Shown here: piece after piece, positions 39,847 through 54,894 of the stretch
Layout of the letters: each line of letters begins with the position of its first letter
Position numbering within the stretch: the stretch's first letter is position 1
DNA from: Eledone cirrhosa
Taxonomy: Eukaryota
Length of the DNA stretch: 60,206 bases
Direction of reading: 5' to 3'
Assembly (NCBI GenBank): GCA_964016885.1
Contig: CAXHJY010000100.1
Location: 1 to 60,206 of the forward strand
Notes under the pieces: generated by a model
What the model was told of the DNA's origin: nothing
Databases searched by the model: none
The model's input: the letters and a program-made list of their open reading frames with translations, nothing else
Program-made: the position numbers and the translations under genes

Positions 39847-40710
39847 ATACACAATACCTTATACTTAAAGGGGTAGAGTATGACAACTGCTACGGCAATA
39901 GAAGTAGTTTTTATTTAATGTAAGTATTATAGTTTCGATATGCTGCGTGGGTAAAACACAGTATCACATGGTGTGTTATGTGATAACCATGACGTAAGAG
40001 TTTCTCAGAAGATATCGCAATAGCTGTCTCTGAGTCGTTCCTTAAGTTAAGATGACAAGAAAGATCAAACGACATCGAAACAACATCAAAGTGATATCAA
40101 GGAACATGTAATGATACAAGTTTGGTAACAGATCTATTATATTTAACTGAATACTGAAGAATATATTCGATTTTTCAGTTATTGATTCTCCAAAACGTTC
40201 ACGTCTTCGTGAACTCTCTACATCAAACTATGTTGGCTTATACAACATGCAGATGGGTTAATTTTTGTTTTGTTTTGATCTTATCCAACATGGAATTGAC
40301 TAATATAGATATTCTATAGATTTTTACACCCTCAAGCCAGAAATATGTCAGAACCCAATACATTTATGTCTCATTGTTTCGGAATTGTAAAAAATATAAA
40401 ATAAAATAAGGGAAATAAAACCATGGAGGTTAGGCTGAGGAAAGAAAGGTGTAGAGGTTAAATTTAGATAATCGCAATAAAGAATAGGTTTTAGGGCCCT
40501 GTTATTCCTTTGCTGAACTTTACAATTGTACTCAAATACTCATACACATACAGATACATATATACACCTACACCTACAAATATACATACAGATACACACA
40601 TACTCATATACACACACATACATATACATATGCACACACATACACATACACCTACAAATACAACAAATGTTAAATAAAATATGAAAATTCAATAGAAATA
40701 TATTAGAAAC

Positions 40711-40760
<50 letters not shown>

Positions 40761-40764
<4 letters not shown>

Positions 40765-40895
40765 AAAAAGTATAACCCCGACGGCAGAGCTCAAGCCGTT
40801 TCGACAGCTATTTCTGGACAATATATATATATATATATATAGGAAAAAGTATAACCCCGACGGCAGAGCTCAAGCCGTTTCGACAGCTATTTCTG

Positions 40896-40898
<3 letters not shown>
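40761..40898 (-). repeat. Two tandem ~59-bp fragments (3' half of a hammerhead) separated by (TA)n
   Basis: taggaaaaagtataaccccgacggcagagctcaagccgtttcgacagctatttctggac occurs twice. Confidence 0.8.
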
Positions 40899-40956
<58 letters not shown>

Positions 40957-40960
<4 letters not shown>

Positions 40961-41129
40961 GGAGCCCCTACATGGACACACTAGAAGAGGAAGACCAAGG
41001 TTAACGTATGTTGATGTCCTAAGGACAGACACTGGTCTGTTGGAGACGCAGGATATGGCAGCGATAATGAGGGACAGAGACCGCTGGAGAGAACTCGTCC
41101 ATGGATCTCGGGAATTTTACCCGCCCTAA
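40957..41129 (+). mobile_element. RTE/RTE-X-like LINE 3' fragment, copy 3
   Basis: WEPLHGHTRRGRPRLTYVD...FYPP*; preceded by (TA)n. Confidence 0.8.
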
Positions 41130-41241
41130 TAGATAAATATATATATTATATATATAATCCTGACCGCGGCGCGAAGCGGCTTCAGCTTCCATGCATCTAG
41201 TACAACCATGATTAGTAGTCCCCTCGATCCCAGCACTGCAG

Positions 41242-41310
<69 letters not shown>

Positions 41311-41542
41311 AATATTGTAATATCGGTGCCCTCCAGCAGTCAACTGAAGAGGGGACTGTCCTTTGTTTGTGTTTTCCTTTTATTTCTAAATGCACTTTAT
41401 CAAGTAACCACACAGCTTCTTGTTTCTTCTAACTTTTTATTTATATATATATATATATAAGTTATTCCGGGTTGAATCGGAGGTAACCACAGTAAGTAAG
41501 GTACTCAATACATAGCAGAGTATAACAGTTTTAATATAGATG

Positions 41543-41593
41543 AGATTCTACAGGACTAGAACTGTTTCATTCTTTAGAAATCATCAGGAATCT
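41543..41593 (-). ncRNA. Hammerhead ribozyme motif (family D), inside repeat 41461-41593 (matches 26558-26690)
   Basis: Near-identical to the 26640 copy. A further decayed copy (CTGGTGA core) lies at 41946-41996. Confidence 0.7.
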
Positions 41594-41904
41594 GGTTATC
41601 AAAACCACTGGTAAATAGAATAATTGCCTTATGTTGTTTATTACATAACTATATATATATATATATATATGTAGGAGGTGAGTTTTATTGTAGTACAATA
41701 AAGCAATGCAGATATTGGATAAGAAGCACTCTACAGTTTGTGGGACTGGAGTATGCATAATATAAGATCAAAATGATGAAAACACAAATGTATGCATAAT
41801 ATAAGATCAAAATGATGAAAACACAAATATTATTGCTTGATGATGTTTGTTTTTGAAATGCGCATAATAAAATATATGGAACTCCTTTAACCATCTTTTG
41901 ATCT

Positions 41905-41944
<40 letters not shown>

Positions 41945-42072
41945 AGGCTTCTATAGGACTAGAATTGTTTCATTCGGGAGAAATCACCAGGAAGCTATAT
42001 TAAATATTTATACTCTGCTTTGTATTGAGTACCTTACTTACTGTGGTTACCCCCGATTGAACCCGGGATAAA

Positions 42073-42147
<75 letters not shown>

Positions 42148-42552
42148 ATATACTTCTGATGATGCCACACAGGGCATATTAATGATGTAACCATTACATG
42201 ATAAGTAACCACCTTGCCATTGAAATACGTATTATGCAATAAAACAACTATGTACTCGCAACATTTGTCTTAGCAGTAGTTCGTATATGGAAACTCTGTC
42301 ACACTTAATGACCAGCATAATACTGTGGCTATAATACTACTGACGTTGAGTGCTTTTTAATACATGTATATACATGTATATATATATGTGTATATATACA
42401 TGTATATATATGTGTGTGTATATATATATACCATATATTATTGTTATTATATATCTAATATGTTTCTATAGACTTCTATTTTATTATCATATTTTATTAT
42501 ACTTGTATTGCGTGTTATTTATTTGTCTATATTCTCCTCTATTTTTATCAAA

Positions 42553-42606
<54 letters not shown>

Positions 42607-42658
42607 GTGTCCTTCTCCCCCACCTCCCACTAATTCTGCAATCAATACTCACCTGCTT

Positions 42659-42746
<88 letters not shown>

Positions 42747-42828
42747 TATATATATATTATATATTTATATAATTATATATATATATATAATTTTATATAT
42801 ATATATATTTATATATATATATATTTAG

Positions 42829-42912
<84 letters not shown>

Positions 42913-43073
42913 GTATATAAATAAAATAATTAAACAAACGACTGTCAGTAATCGATGGATTTGATGACACATAAATCTATAAATTGACAACTTTATAACG
43001 CAATGTTGCTACTTCTTATTTACCACCACCACCACCACCACCACTACTACTACTACTACTTCTACTACTACTA

Positions 43074-43104
<31 letters not shown>

Positions 43105-43218
43105 GTTGTTATTATTGTTACTATTATTATTATATTTTCATTGGATTTTGCTTTCTGTGCAATGACTACTAACTATAAACTAGATACAGGTCTTGTTGGT
43201 TTCGACAGACTTCGATAG

Positions 43219-43298
<80 letters not shown>

Positions 43299-43566
43299 TA
43301 TACATATGTATATATATGTATACATATCTATACATACATATATATACACACATATATATATATAGAGAGAGAGAATTAGTATATCTACCAACATATGTAT
43401 ACAGTTGTATACCCATGCTAGTAAATATATAAGTTATGTCTTAGTACCTTTGTGGTTCTTTGCAGGCGGATGCAGAACAATTATATGAAAGACGTAAAAT
43501 AAGAATTATTATTTTTATATGGGTTCCTAGTGTCCGCGCATTGCCTGGGAACTTAGCTGAGAATAG

Positions 43567-43648
43567 ACTCCCTGATGACGTAAGGACTTCTCTATAGTTA
43601 CGTTACGTAACTATATTTACTCCCTTACAGAAACTAATTAGTTGGAGT
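43567..43648 (+). ncRNA. Hammerhead ribozyme motif with extended stem II
   Basis: actcc-CTGATGA-c.gtaagg...atagttacg(tta)cgtaactat...ccttac.a-GAAAC-taatta-GTT-ggagt. Confidence 0.7.
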
Positions 43649-43702
43649 GAAAACTTTAGTAACTAAGTTAATTTTTAATTTTTAAAATTTTCTTATTTTA
43701 CG

Positions 43703-43734
<32 letters not shown>

Positions 43735-44062
43735 TTCGTTTCTGAATTTGTTTAGCAAGATTCTTTATCTGAAAACGTGTGTTGAAACCGATATTGTTAT
43801 ACTTTGGGAGGGTCATGTTGCCAATAAGAAACACACGCACCAGATGCTTTCACTCCAATTTATTATAAATTAAATTCATAAATTTAAGAATTCATAAATT
43901 TCCGGTTGGTTGGTCGGTTTCACAACCAGACGATTGTTCGTATATTGTCAAAGTTCTTTCGTCACACATTCTGTGACCTAAGTGACTGGGGATTCTTTTC
44001 TTAGTTTTTGTGCCTCTCCTTTGTTCTGTCCTACGCCATCTTGTTTATAGATATACACACAT

Positions 44063-44162
<100 letters not shown>

Positions 44163-44185
44163 TTATAAATAAATATATATATTTA

Positions 44186-44286
<101 letters not shown>

Positions 44287-44335
44287 ATATATATGCATAT
44301 ATATATATGCATATATATATATGCATATATATATA

Positions 44336-44381
<46 letters not shown>

Positions 44382-44572
44382 TATTAAGTTGTTAAACAAT
44401 ATTCGATGATTATGTCAAAGAATGAGTTTTACAGTAGATTGGAAGCACTCAACGAGAAACATTTTCATATACATTTTTCGGATGTACAACAGTACGTCCT
44501 CATCAGACAAGGTAGCCTACCTTGATTAAATCTTAACCATTTAACATCTCAGGGTATGTCATGTATCATTAT

Positions 44573-44625
44573 ATTTTGTCTGATGAGGATGTACTGTTGT
44601 ACATCCGAAATATGTATAATAAAAT
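44573..44625 (+). ncRNA. Canonical-core hammerhead ribozyme (family A); inverted partial copy at ~44462-44509
   Basis: attttgt-CTGATGA-ggatgtac(tgtt)gtacatcc-GAAA-tatgta-TA-ataaaat. Confidence 0.85.
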
Positions 44626-44687
44626 GTAATTGATCAAAAGAACATCTATTTTGTTAATACTTATATTTTAATATTATATATATATAG

Positions 44688-44742
<55 letters not shown>

Positions 44743-44919
44743 CTATATTGTTCCGTCCTTGCACTCAATAAACAAGTTACAGCAAATATGTTGAAAGGTA
44801 TGTTTAAAACAACAACAGCAACGACAAATTATGAGGCGATAAATATGGCAAGATGGCAGTAGGAGGTGATAAAAAGACTATTAACGAGTATAAAAGATAT
44901 TGAATTTTATAATATTCTG

Positions 44920-45045
44920 TAGAGAGTCGAACAACATGCTTTGCAGCATAAAGTTACCGCCCTTTACCATCCTGAGTTCAAATCCCACCGAGGTTAGGCT
45001 TGCCTTTCATTCTTACTTTGTTGAAAAAATAAAGTACCAGTAACC
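44920..45045 (+). mobile_element. Diverged SINE family 1 copy
   Basis: B-box and core recognisable. Confidence 0.7.
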
Positions 45046-45171
45046 AGGTCGATTTTATTGTCTTTTGTCTCCCCAAATATTGGGGGGAATTTATTTTCTT
45101 ATATTTATGCATAGTTTATTTTATATTTTTTATATCTTCATTGTTAAATTTGTCTTGCCATTGTGCACTTT

Positions 45172-48100
45172 AGTGTATATAGTGTATAGTGTATAGTATA
45201 TAGTGTATAGTGTATAGTGTATAGTGTGTAGTGTGTATAGTGTATAGTGTATAGTATATAGTGTATAGTGTATAGTGTATAGTATATAGTGTATAGTGTA
45301 TAGTATATAGTATATAGTGTATAGTGTGTAGTGTATAGTGTATACTATATAGTATATAGTGTATGGTGTATAGTGTATAGTATATAGTGTATAGTATATA
45401 GTGTATAGTGTATAGTGTATAGTATATAGTGTATAGTGTATAGTATATAGTATATAGTGTATAGTGTATAGCATATAGTATATAGTATATATTATATAGT
45501 AGTGTATAGTATATAGTGTATAGTGTATAGTGTAGAGTATATAGTATATAGTGTATAGTGTATAGTGTATAGTATATAATATATAGTGTATATAGTATAT
45601 AGTGTATATAGTGTATAGTGTATAGTGTATAGTGTATAGTATAGAGTGTATAGTGTATAGACTATATATAGTGTATAGTGTATAGTGTATAGTATATAGT
45701 GTATAGTATATAGTATATAGTGTATAGTGTATAGTGTATATAGTGTATAGTATATAGTGTATAGTGTATATAGTGTATAGTGTATAGTGTATACTATATA
45801 GTGTATAGTGTATAGTGTATAGTGTATAGTGTATAGTATATAGTGTATATAGTGTATAGTGTATAGTGTATAATATATAGTGTATAGTGTATAATATATA
45901 GTATATAGTGTATAGTGTATAGTATATAATGTATAGTGTATAGTGTATATAGTGTATAGTGTATAGTATATAGTGTATAGTGTATATAGTATATAGTGTA
46001 TAGTGTATAGTGTATAGTGTATAGTGTATATAGTATATAGTGTATATAGTATATATAGTGTATAGTGTATAGTGTATAGTATATAGTGTATAGTATATAG
46101 TGTATAGTGTATATAGTATATAGTGTATATAGTGTATAGTGTATAGTGTATAGTATATAGTGTATAGTATAGACTATATATAGTGTATAGTGTATATTGT
46201 ATAGTATATAGTATATAGTGTATAGTGTATAGTGTATATAGTGTATAGTATATAGTATATAGTGTATAGTGTATAGTATATAGTGTATATAGTGTATAGT
46301 GTATAGTTTATAGTATATATAGTGTATAGTGTATAGTATATAGTATATAGTGTATAGTGTATAGTGTATATAGGTATAGTATATAGTATATAGTGTATAG
46401 TGTATAGTGTATAGTATATAGTGTATATAGTGTATAGTGTATAGTGTATAGTATATAGTGTATATAGTGTATAGTGTATAGTGTATAATATATAGTGTAT
46501 AGTGTATAGTGTAAGGTATATAGTGTATAGTGTATAGTGTATAGTGTATAGTATATAGAGTATAGTATAGAGTGTATAGTGTATAGTATATAGTATATAG
46601 TGTATAGTGTATAGTGTATAGTATATAGTGTATAGTGTATAGTATATAGTATATAGTGTATAGTGTATAGAGTAAGGTATATAGTGTATAGTGTATAGTG
46701 TATAGTGTAAGGTATATAGTGTATAGTGTATAGTATATAGTATATAGTGTATAGTGTATAGTGTATAGTGTATATAGTATAATAGTGTATAGTATATAGT
46801 GTATAGTGTAAGTATATAGTGTATAGTATATAGTGTATAGTGTATAGAATATAAGTGTATAGTATATAGTGTATAGTGTATAGTATATAGTGTATAGTGT
46901 ATAGTATATAGTGTATAGTGTATAGTGTATAGTGTATAGTATATAGTGTATAGTGTATAGTATATAGTGTATAGTGTATAGTATATAGTGTATAGTGTAT
47001 AGTGTATAGTTAGTATATATATATATAGTGTATAGTGTATAGTGTAAGTATATAGTGTATATAGTATATAGTGTATATAGTGTATAGTGTATTTAGTATA
47101 TATTGTATAGTGTATAGTATATAGTATGTAGTATATAAGTATATTGTATATAGTATATGTGTATAGTATATAGTATATAGTATATATTATATAGTATATA
47201 TTATATAGTGTACAGTATATAGTGTAAAGTATATAGTGTATAGTATATAGTGGTATAGTATATAGTATATAGTGTAAAGTATATAGTGTATAGTATATAG
47301 TATATAGTGTATAGTGTATAGTATATAGTATATAGTGTATACAGTATATAGTATATAGTATATAGTGTATAGTATATAGTGTAAAGCATATAGTGTATAG
47401 TATATAGTGTATAGTATATAGTATATAGTGTATAGTATATAGTATATAGTGTATAGTATATAGTATATAGTGTATATAGTATATAGTGTATAGTATATAG
47501 TGTATAGTATATAGTGTATATAGTATATAGTATATAGTATATATTGTATATAGTATATAGTGTATATAGTATATAGTGTATATAGTATATAGTGTATATA
47601 ATATATAGTATATAGTGTATATAGTGTATAGTGTATAGTGTATATAGTATATAGTGTATAGTGTATATAGCATATAGTGTATAGTGTATATAGTATATAG
47701 TGTATATGTATATAGTAATAGTATATAGTGTATATAGTATATAGTGTATATAGTATATAGTATATAGTGTATAGTGTATATATATATAGTTTATAGTGTA
47801 TATAGTATATAGTGTATATAGTATATAGTATATAGTGTATAGTGTATATAGTATATAGTGTATATAGTATATAGTATATAGTATATAGTGTATATAGTAT
47901 ATAGTGTATATAGTATATAGTATATAGTGTATAGTATATAGTGTATATAGTATATAGTGTATATAGTATATAGTGTATATAGTGTATATAATATATAGTG
48001 TATATAGTGTATAGTGTATAGTGTATATAATATATAGTGTATAGTGTATATAGTATATAGTATATAGTGTATAGTGTATATAGTATATAGTGTATATAGT

Positions 48101-48817
48101 ATATAGTGTATAGTGTATATAGTATATAGTGTATATAGTATATAGTATATAGTATATAGTGTATATAGTATATAGTGTATATAGTATATAGTATATAGTG
48201 TATATAGTATATAGTATATAGTGTATAGTGTATATAGTATATAGTATATAGTATATAGTGTATATAGTATATAGTGTATATAGTATATAGTGTATATAGT
48301 ATATAGTGTATATAGTATATAGTATATAGTGTATATAGTATATAGTGTATATAGTATATAGTATATAGTGTATAGTGTATATAGTATATAGTATATAGTG
48401 TATAGTGTATATAGTATATAGTGTATATAGTATATAGTGTATATAGTATATAGTGTATAGTGTATATAGTATATAGTATATAGTGTATAGTGTATATAGT
48501 ATATAGTGTATATAGTATATAGTGTATATAGTATATAGTATATAGTGTATAGTGTATATAGTATATAGTATATAGTGTATAGTGTATATAGTATATAGTG
48601 TATATAGTATATAGTGTATATAGTATATAGTATATAGTGTATAGTGTATATAGTATATAGTATATAGTATATAGTGTATAGTGTATATAGTATATAGTAT
48701 ATAGTGTATAGTGTATATAGTATATAGTGTATAGTGTATATAGTATATAGTGTATATAGTATATAGTGTATATAGTATATAGTGTATATAGTATATAGTG
48801 TATATAGTGTATAGTGT
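45172..48817. repeat. (AGTGTAT/AGTATAT)n 7-9-bp satellite
   Basis: 3.6 kb of tatagtg/tatagta/tatatagtg units. Confidence 0.95.
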
Positions 48818-48930
48818 AGGTGTGTGTGTTCGTGTACGTGTGTGTATATAAATATCTGTGAGTGCAACTGTGTGTTTGCACGTGTACAAGAGAGAGAAAG
48901 AGAGTGTGGAGCTCATTGTAACTCTCTACT

Positions 48931-49045
48931 GCCCGTGTCTTTCTATTTTCCCCTACATGTCGTCCCGTGTCTTTCTATTTTCCCCTACATGTCGTCCCGT
49001 GTCTTTCTATTTTCCCCTACATGCCGTCCCGTGTGGCCAACAAAC
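48931..49045. repeat. 32-bp tandem repeat x3 resembling a LINE 3' tail
   Basis: cccgtgtctttctattttcccctacatgtcgt. Confidence 0.85.
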
Positions 49046-49049
49046 GACA

Positions 49050-49395
49050 TCTTTATTATCAGTACATTTGCTGAAAGGTGGGATGAATGTGGCGAGAATG
49101 GCCCCTGTGAGTGGTCCTACTCTGATCATGCGCCTGTAAGAGGGTGAATTTGAGGAGGAGAGGGGAGCCCTTCCCGGGTGCACTCGATGCGTCGGGTCGT
49201 TCAGGATTGGTGGGGTACCTGAGGAAACCCTGGGTGGTCATTCCCCCCATTGGGAAATTTTTATTGTTATTTTGTTATTGTTACTTATATTGTTTTCACG
49301 TTGTATATGTAAACTCCCACTGTCCCTGCCTTTTGTATTGTCCCCTATATGTCGGCCCTTGTGGCCAATACATGAAACTATTGTTATTATTATTA
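49050..49395 (+). mobile_element. Probable LINE (L1/Tx1-like) 3' end: ORF remnant, 3' UTR and (TTA)n tail
   Basis: STFAERW / MNVARMA...LIMRL* with a 1-nt shift; tail tgtattgtcccc...ggcccttgtggccaatacatgaaactattg. A related tail lies on the minus strand at 54546-54618. Clade call is from memory. Confidence 0.5.
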
Positions 49396-49713
49396 TCATT
49401 TTTCATTGTTATTTTTTTTGTTACATCCTCTGTTTTTTGTTTTTTACACGCAGAAATGCCCATTTGTACCGTCCTGTATTGTCCTGTATTGTCCTGCACT
49501 GTCCTTAATGTCTACTTTATGTAAACCCTTGTAGTTAATAAAGAAATAATTATTATTATCATTATTATTATTATTACTATTATTATTCTCAAATCCCTCT
49601 GACGTCAACTTTTTGTGTTTCATAATTCCCGAATCGATAGCATAAATAACTATTAAATTAATGGGGATCAAACTATTCACAAAAATTGCTGTCCTTGTGC
49701 CTAAATTATAAAC

Positions 49714-49748
<35 letters not shown>

Positions 49749-49776
49749 TATTATTATTATTATTATTATTATTAAG

Positions 49777-49975
49777 GGCGGTGGATTGGCAGTATCAGTA
49801 GAGGGTCGGACGCCATGCTTTGACGCATAGAGTTACGCCTCTTGCCATTCTGAGTTCAAATCCTGCTGAGGTTAACTTTGCTTTTCATCCTTACGGGGTC
49901 GATAAAGTAAAGTACCAGTAATGTACTGGGTATTTGCTGGCCTTGTGCGAAAAGTAGAAACAATTATTATTATTA
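49777..49975 (+). mobile_element. SINE family 1, full length, in (TTA)n
   Basis: All blocks present. Confidence 0.85.
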
Positions 49976-50136
49976 TATATTATTATAGTTACATCCCTTT
50001 ACGTTCTGAATTCAAAATGTCAGCTGTAGAAATTATCAACAAGAATTCTATAGCCAATTAAAACATCATATAATGTCAGACACCATGTTTTATTGCGTAA
50101 GACTTACACGGTAATCATATGATGTTATTATTAATT

Positions 50137-50360
50137 TGGCAGTAATCGGTAGAACGTCAGACAACATGCTTTGCAGCAAAGAGTTATGGCCCTTTATGTT
50201 CTCAGTTCAAATCCCGCCGAGATTAATTTTGCCTTTCATCCTTACGGGATCGATAAATAAAGCACCAGTAATAGTAATGTACTTGTGTCGATTTAATCGA
50301 CTTTCCCAACTCCTCTTCAAATTGCTGGCCCTGTGCCTAAGGTAGAAACAATTATAATTA
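50137..50360 (+). mobile_element. SINE family 1, longer subfamily variant
   Basis: Extra gtcgatttaatcgact... block before the tail. Confidence 0.75.
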
Positions 50361-50557
50361 TTATTGTTATGCCGTTGTTGTTGCTGTTGTTGTTGTTGTT
50401 GTTATTGTTATAGCAGGATTTCAACTAAGAACATAAAAAGCCCTCCAGGTTTTGACACAGCAGAGACCAGATCTTCATTCATTTGTAGTAATTCCACTAA
50501 ATTTCGATCAATTATGGCGCAGCGCTTATTTATTCCTTATTATTTTTTCCCCACTTA

Positions 50558-51148
50558 GGGCGGTGGATTGGCAGTATCGGTAGAGGGTCGGACGCCATGC
50601 TTTGCCGCATAGAGTTACGGCCCTTTATGATCTGAGTTCAAATCGCGCCGAGGTTAAAACTTTGCCGCCTTTCATCCTTACGGGGGGGGGGGGTCGATAA
50701 AATAAAGTACCAGTAATACACTGGGATAAGTGCTGGTCTTGCGCTAAAAGTAGAAATAATTATCTCTTGTGGATTGGCAGTATCGGTAGAGAGTCGGACA
50801 CCATGCTTTGAAGCATAGAGTTACGGCCCTTTATGATCTGAGTTCAAATCCCGCCGAGGTTAAAAACTTTGCCGCCTTTCATCCTTACTGGGGGGGGGGG
50901 GGGGCTCGATAAAATAAAGTACCAGTAATACACTGGGATAAGTGCTGGTCTTGCACTAAAAGTAGAAATAATTGTTTCTACTTTAGGCACAAGGCCAGCA
51001 AAATACCCAGTGCATTACTGGTACTTTATTTTATCGACCCCGTAAGGATGAAAGGCAAAGTCAACCTCGGCGGGATTTGAACTCAGATCGTAAAGGGACG
51101 TAATTATGCTGGAAAGCATGGCGTCCGACCCTCTACTGATACTACCAA
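50558..51148. mobile_element. SINE family 1 cluster: two tandem (+) copies then one (-) copy, tail-to-tail
   Basis: 50558-50762 (+), 50769-50972 (+), 50968-51148 (-). Confidence 0.85.
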
Positions 51149-51754
51149 TAATTATCTCTTAACAGAGTCACCACGCACTGGGGTCAATTTCATCAACTTT
51201 TCCCTCCCTCCCCCCAAAAAATATTGCTGGCCTTGTACCTACATAAGAAACCATTAGTTTTTTTCCCCCACTTCACTTTAGAATAAAACTTTACAAATTT
51301 AAACGCCGGTATCAGCTCGTCTCTGATAATGATGCTGGCGCAGTCGATAGCCTGGGGAGGTAGATAAGTACTTTATATATGTTCACTTTAATGAGAGTCA
51401 ATTATTTCTTATGTACACATGTAATGGTTTGTATAAGGAATGCTATATATGAAAGCTTCAAATATATTTATTTACAGATATATTTACACATTGCCCCAGA
51501 GCACACAGTTTTTTTAATTCCTTGTACGAAATTGCTATGTACAGATATTGGTTCACACATACTTATATATATTTATATATATATATGTATATGCGTGTGT
51601 GTGTGAGTGTGTGTGTGTATATGTATATATATATATATATGTATGTATATATATGTATATATATATGTATATATATATGTATATATATATATATATGTAT
51701 ATATATGTATATATATATGTATATATATATATATATATATGCGTGTGTGTGTGA

Positions 51755-51822
<68 letters not shown>

Positions 51823-51977
51823 GTATATATATATATATATATATGCTTATATATATATGCATATATATATATATACACACATATATATATATATGTAAAT
51901 ATAATTATCTATATGCACGTACGAATATATACATACATATATACGCATGCATATAGATATATACACATCTCTCCGTT

Positions 51978-52021
<44 letters not shown>

Positions 52022-52140
52022 GGGTTCTCCCTTCATATATATATATATATATATAACTCTCCTCGCTCTCTTTCTGTGTATATATATATATTATATATTT
52101 ATGTGTGTATATATATTATATATTTATACAGAGAGCGAGT

Positions 52141-52213
<73 letters not shown>

Positions 52214-52351
52214 AGAGATGTGCTAATGTGTTTTTCTACACGGATATAGGTAGATCTATTGTGAACAAGTTTCTGTGCATGTTACATGAACCAGCAGCAA
52301 GCTTTATATATAACACAGTTTCAACAGAGGTGGTTGGAAGACTGGTCGATA

Positions 52352-53035
52352 TAGCAGCGCCACCATCAACTGCAGCAGCAGCAGCAGCACCACTGACAGC
52401 AGCACCACCATCAACTGCAGCAGCGCTCTAACAGCAGCACCAACATCAATAACAGCAGATATAACAGAAGCACCACTGACAGCAGCACCACCATCAACTG
52501 CAGCAGTGCTCTAACAGCAGCACCAACATCAATAACAGCAGGTCTAACAGCAGCACCACTGACAGCAGCACCACCATCAACTGCAGCAGCGCTCTAACAG
52601 CAGCACCAACATCAATAACAGCAGGTCTAACAGCAGCACCACTGACAGCAGCACCACCATCAACTGCAGCAGCGCTCTAACAGCAGCACCAACATCAATA
52701 ACAGCAGATATAACAGCACCGCTGACAGCATCACCACCATCAACTGCAGCAGTGCTCTAACAGCAGCACTAACATCAATAACAGCAGATATAACAGCAGC
52801 ACCGCTGACAGCATCACCACCATCAACTGCAGCAGTGCTCTAACAGCAGCACCAACATCAATAACAGCAGGTCTAACAGCAGCACCACTGACAGCAGCAG
52901 CGCTCTAACAGCAGCACCACCATCATCAACTGCAGCAGCACTAACAGCACCACCATCAACAGCAGCAGCACTGACAGCAGCAGCACCATCAACTGCAGCA
53001 GCACTAACAGCAGCAGCACCAGTAGAAGCAGGAAG
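52352..53035. repeat. CAG/CAC-rich ~83-bp minisatellite
   Basis: cactgacagc at 52391, 52474 and 52557; decays distally. Confidence 0.9.
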
Positions 53036-53316
53036 CAAGCAGTTAGATAGTTTTAGGTGGGGTTCGTTTTTCTTTCCTATTAAAATGATTACGTATTTGT
53101 GTGTGTGTGTATATATATATATACACATATGTATACATATATATGTATATATATATATATACACATATGTATACATATATATGTATATATATATATACAC
53201 ATATGTATACATATATATGTATATATATATATACACATATGTATACATATATATGTATATATATATATACACATATGTATACATATATATGTATATATAT
53301 ATATATACACATATGT

Positions 53317-53354
<38 letters not shown>

Positions 53355-53360
53355 GTATAC

Positions 53361-53391
<31 letters not shown>

Positions 53392-53401
53392 TACATATAT
53401 T

Positions 53402-53440
<39 letters not shown>

Positions 53441-53465
53441 ATATAGGCATATATATATATATATA

Positions 53466-53613
<148 letters not shown>

Positions 53614-53622
53614 TATATCTAT

Positions 53623-53665
<43 letters not shown>

Positions 53666-53671
53666 CATATA

Positions 53672-53715
<44 letters not shown>

Positions 53716-53735
53716 AATATATATATATATATGTA

Positions 53736-53808
<73 letters not shown>

Positions 53809-53817
53809 GTATATATG

Positions 53818-53907
<90 letters not shown>

Positions 53908-54028
53908 TATATGCCTATATAAATATATATAAGAAAATGATGACGAGTAGGAGTGCCATCATCATCAACAACAGACAAATTAGGATTTCACAAATCGATG
54001 GGTATAATGCGTAATTTGAGTAGGCGTA

Positions 54029-54120
<92 letters not shown>

Positions 54121-54146
54121 ATATATATGTATACATATAGAGAGAG

Positions 54147-54212
<66 letters not shown>

Positions 54213-54215
54213 CAG

Positions 54216-54296
<81 letters not shown>

Positions 54297-54894
54297 AGAG
54301 AGAGAGTAACCGAAAGAGAGAGAGAGGGGAGAGAGAGAGGGAGAGAGAGAGTAACTGAAAGAGAGAGAGAGAGAGAGATAGAGAGACAGAGAGAGAGAGG
54401 GAAAGAGAGAGAGAGGGGAGAGAGATGGGGGGGGAGAGGGAAAGAGAGAGAGAGGGGGAGAGAGGGGGGGGGGGAGAGAGTAAGCGAAAGAGAGAGAGAG
54501 AGAGAGAGAGATAGATAGGTAGGTACTTAGTCAGATATGTAGATATATTTCTTTATTTGCCACAAGGGCGCACCAGAAAAGGGGACAATACACAGATATA
54601 TGCCGGGGATTTTACATAGAGTCGTGTAAGCAAGTTAGCTAGAGAGATAGTCAGATAGATAGATAGATATTTAACACTTTCGCATGAATGAAAATAAGTA
54701 AAAGTTACAAACAATGGCGGACATAGTGAATGTAGTCATGTGACATTAAATGTTGCAAAGCTACACACAAAAGACTAACGCAAATGTAACGTATAACTCC
54801 TCTTACGTTTGAAAGAGTAAAATGTATAGATGTAAGATGGCGGACCTCTTAAACTGATTAAAAAAAAAACGAAATGTTTAAAAAGGAAGTGAAA

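Noticed and set aside
42156-42235. CTGATGA...GAAATACGTATT possible hammerhead; similar partial hits near 21336, 22154, 31420, 33606, 37301 and 58695
   Set aside because: No convincing stem I or stem II pairing, or the second half of the core is missing.
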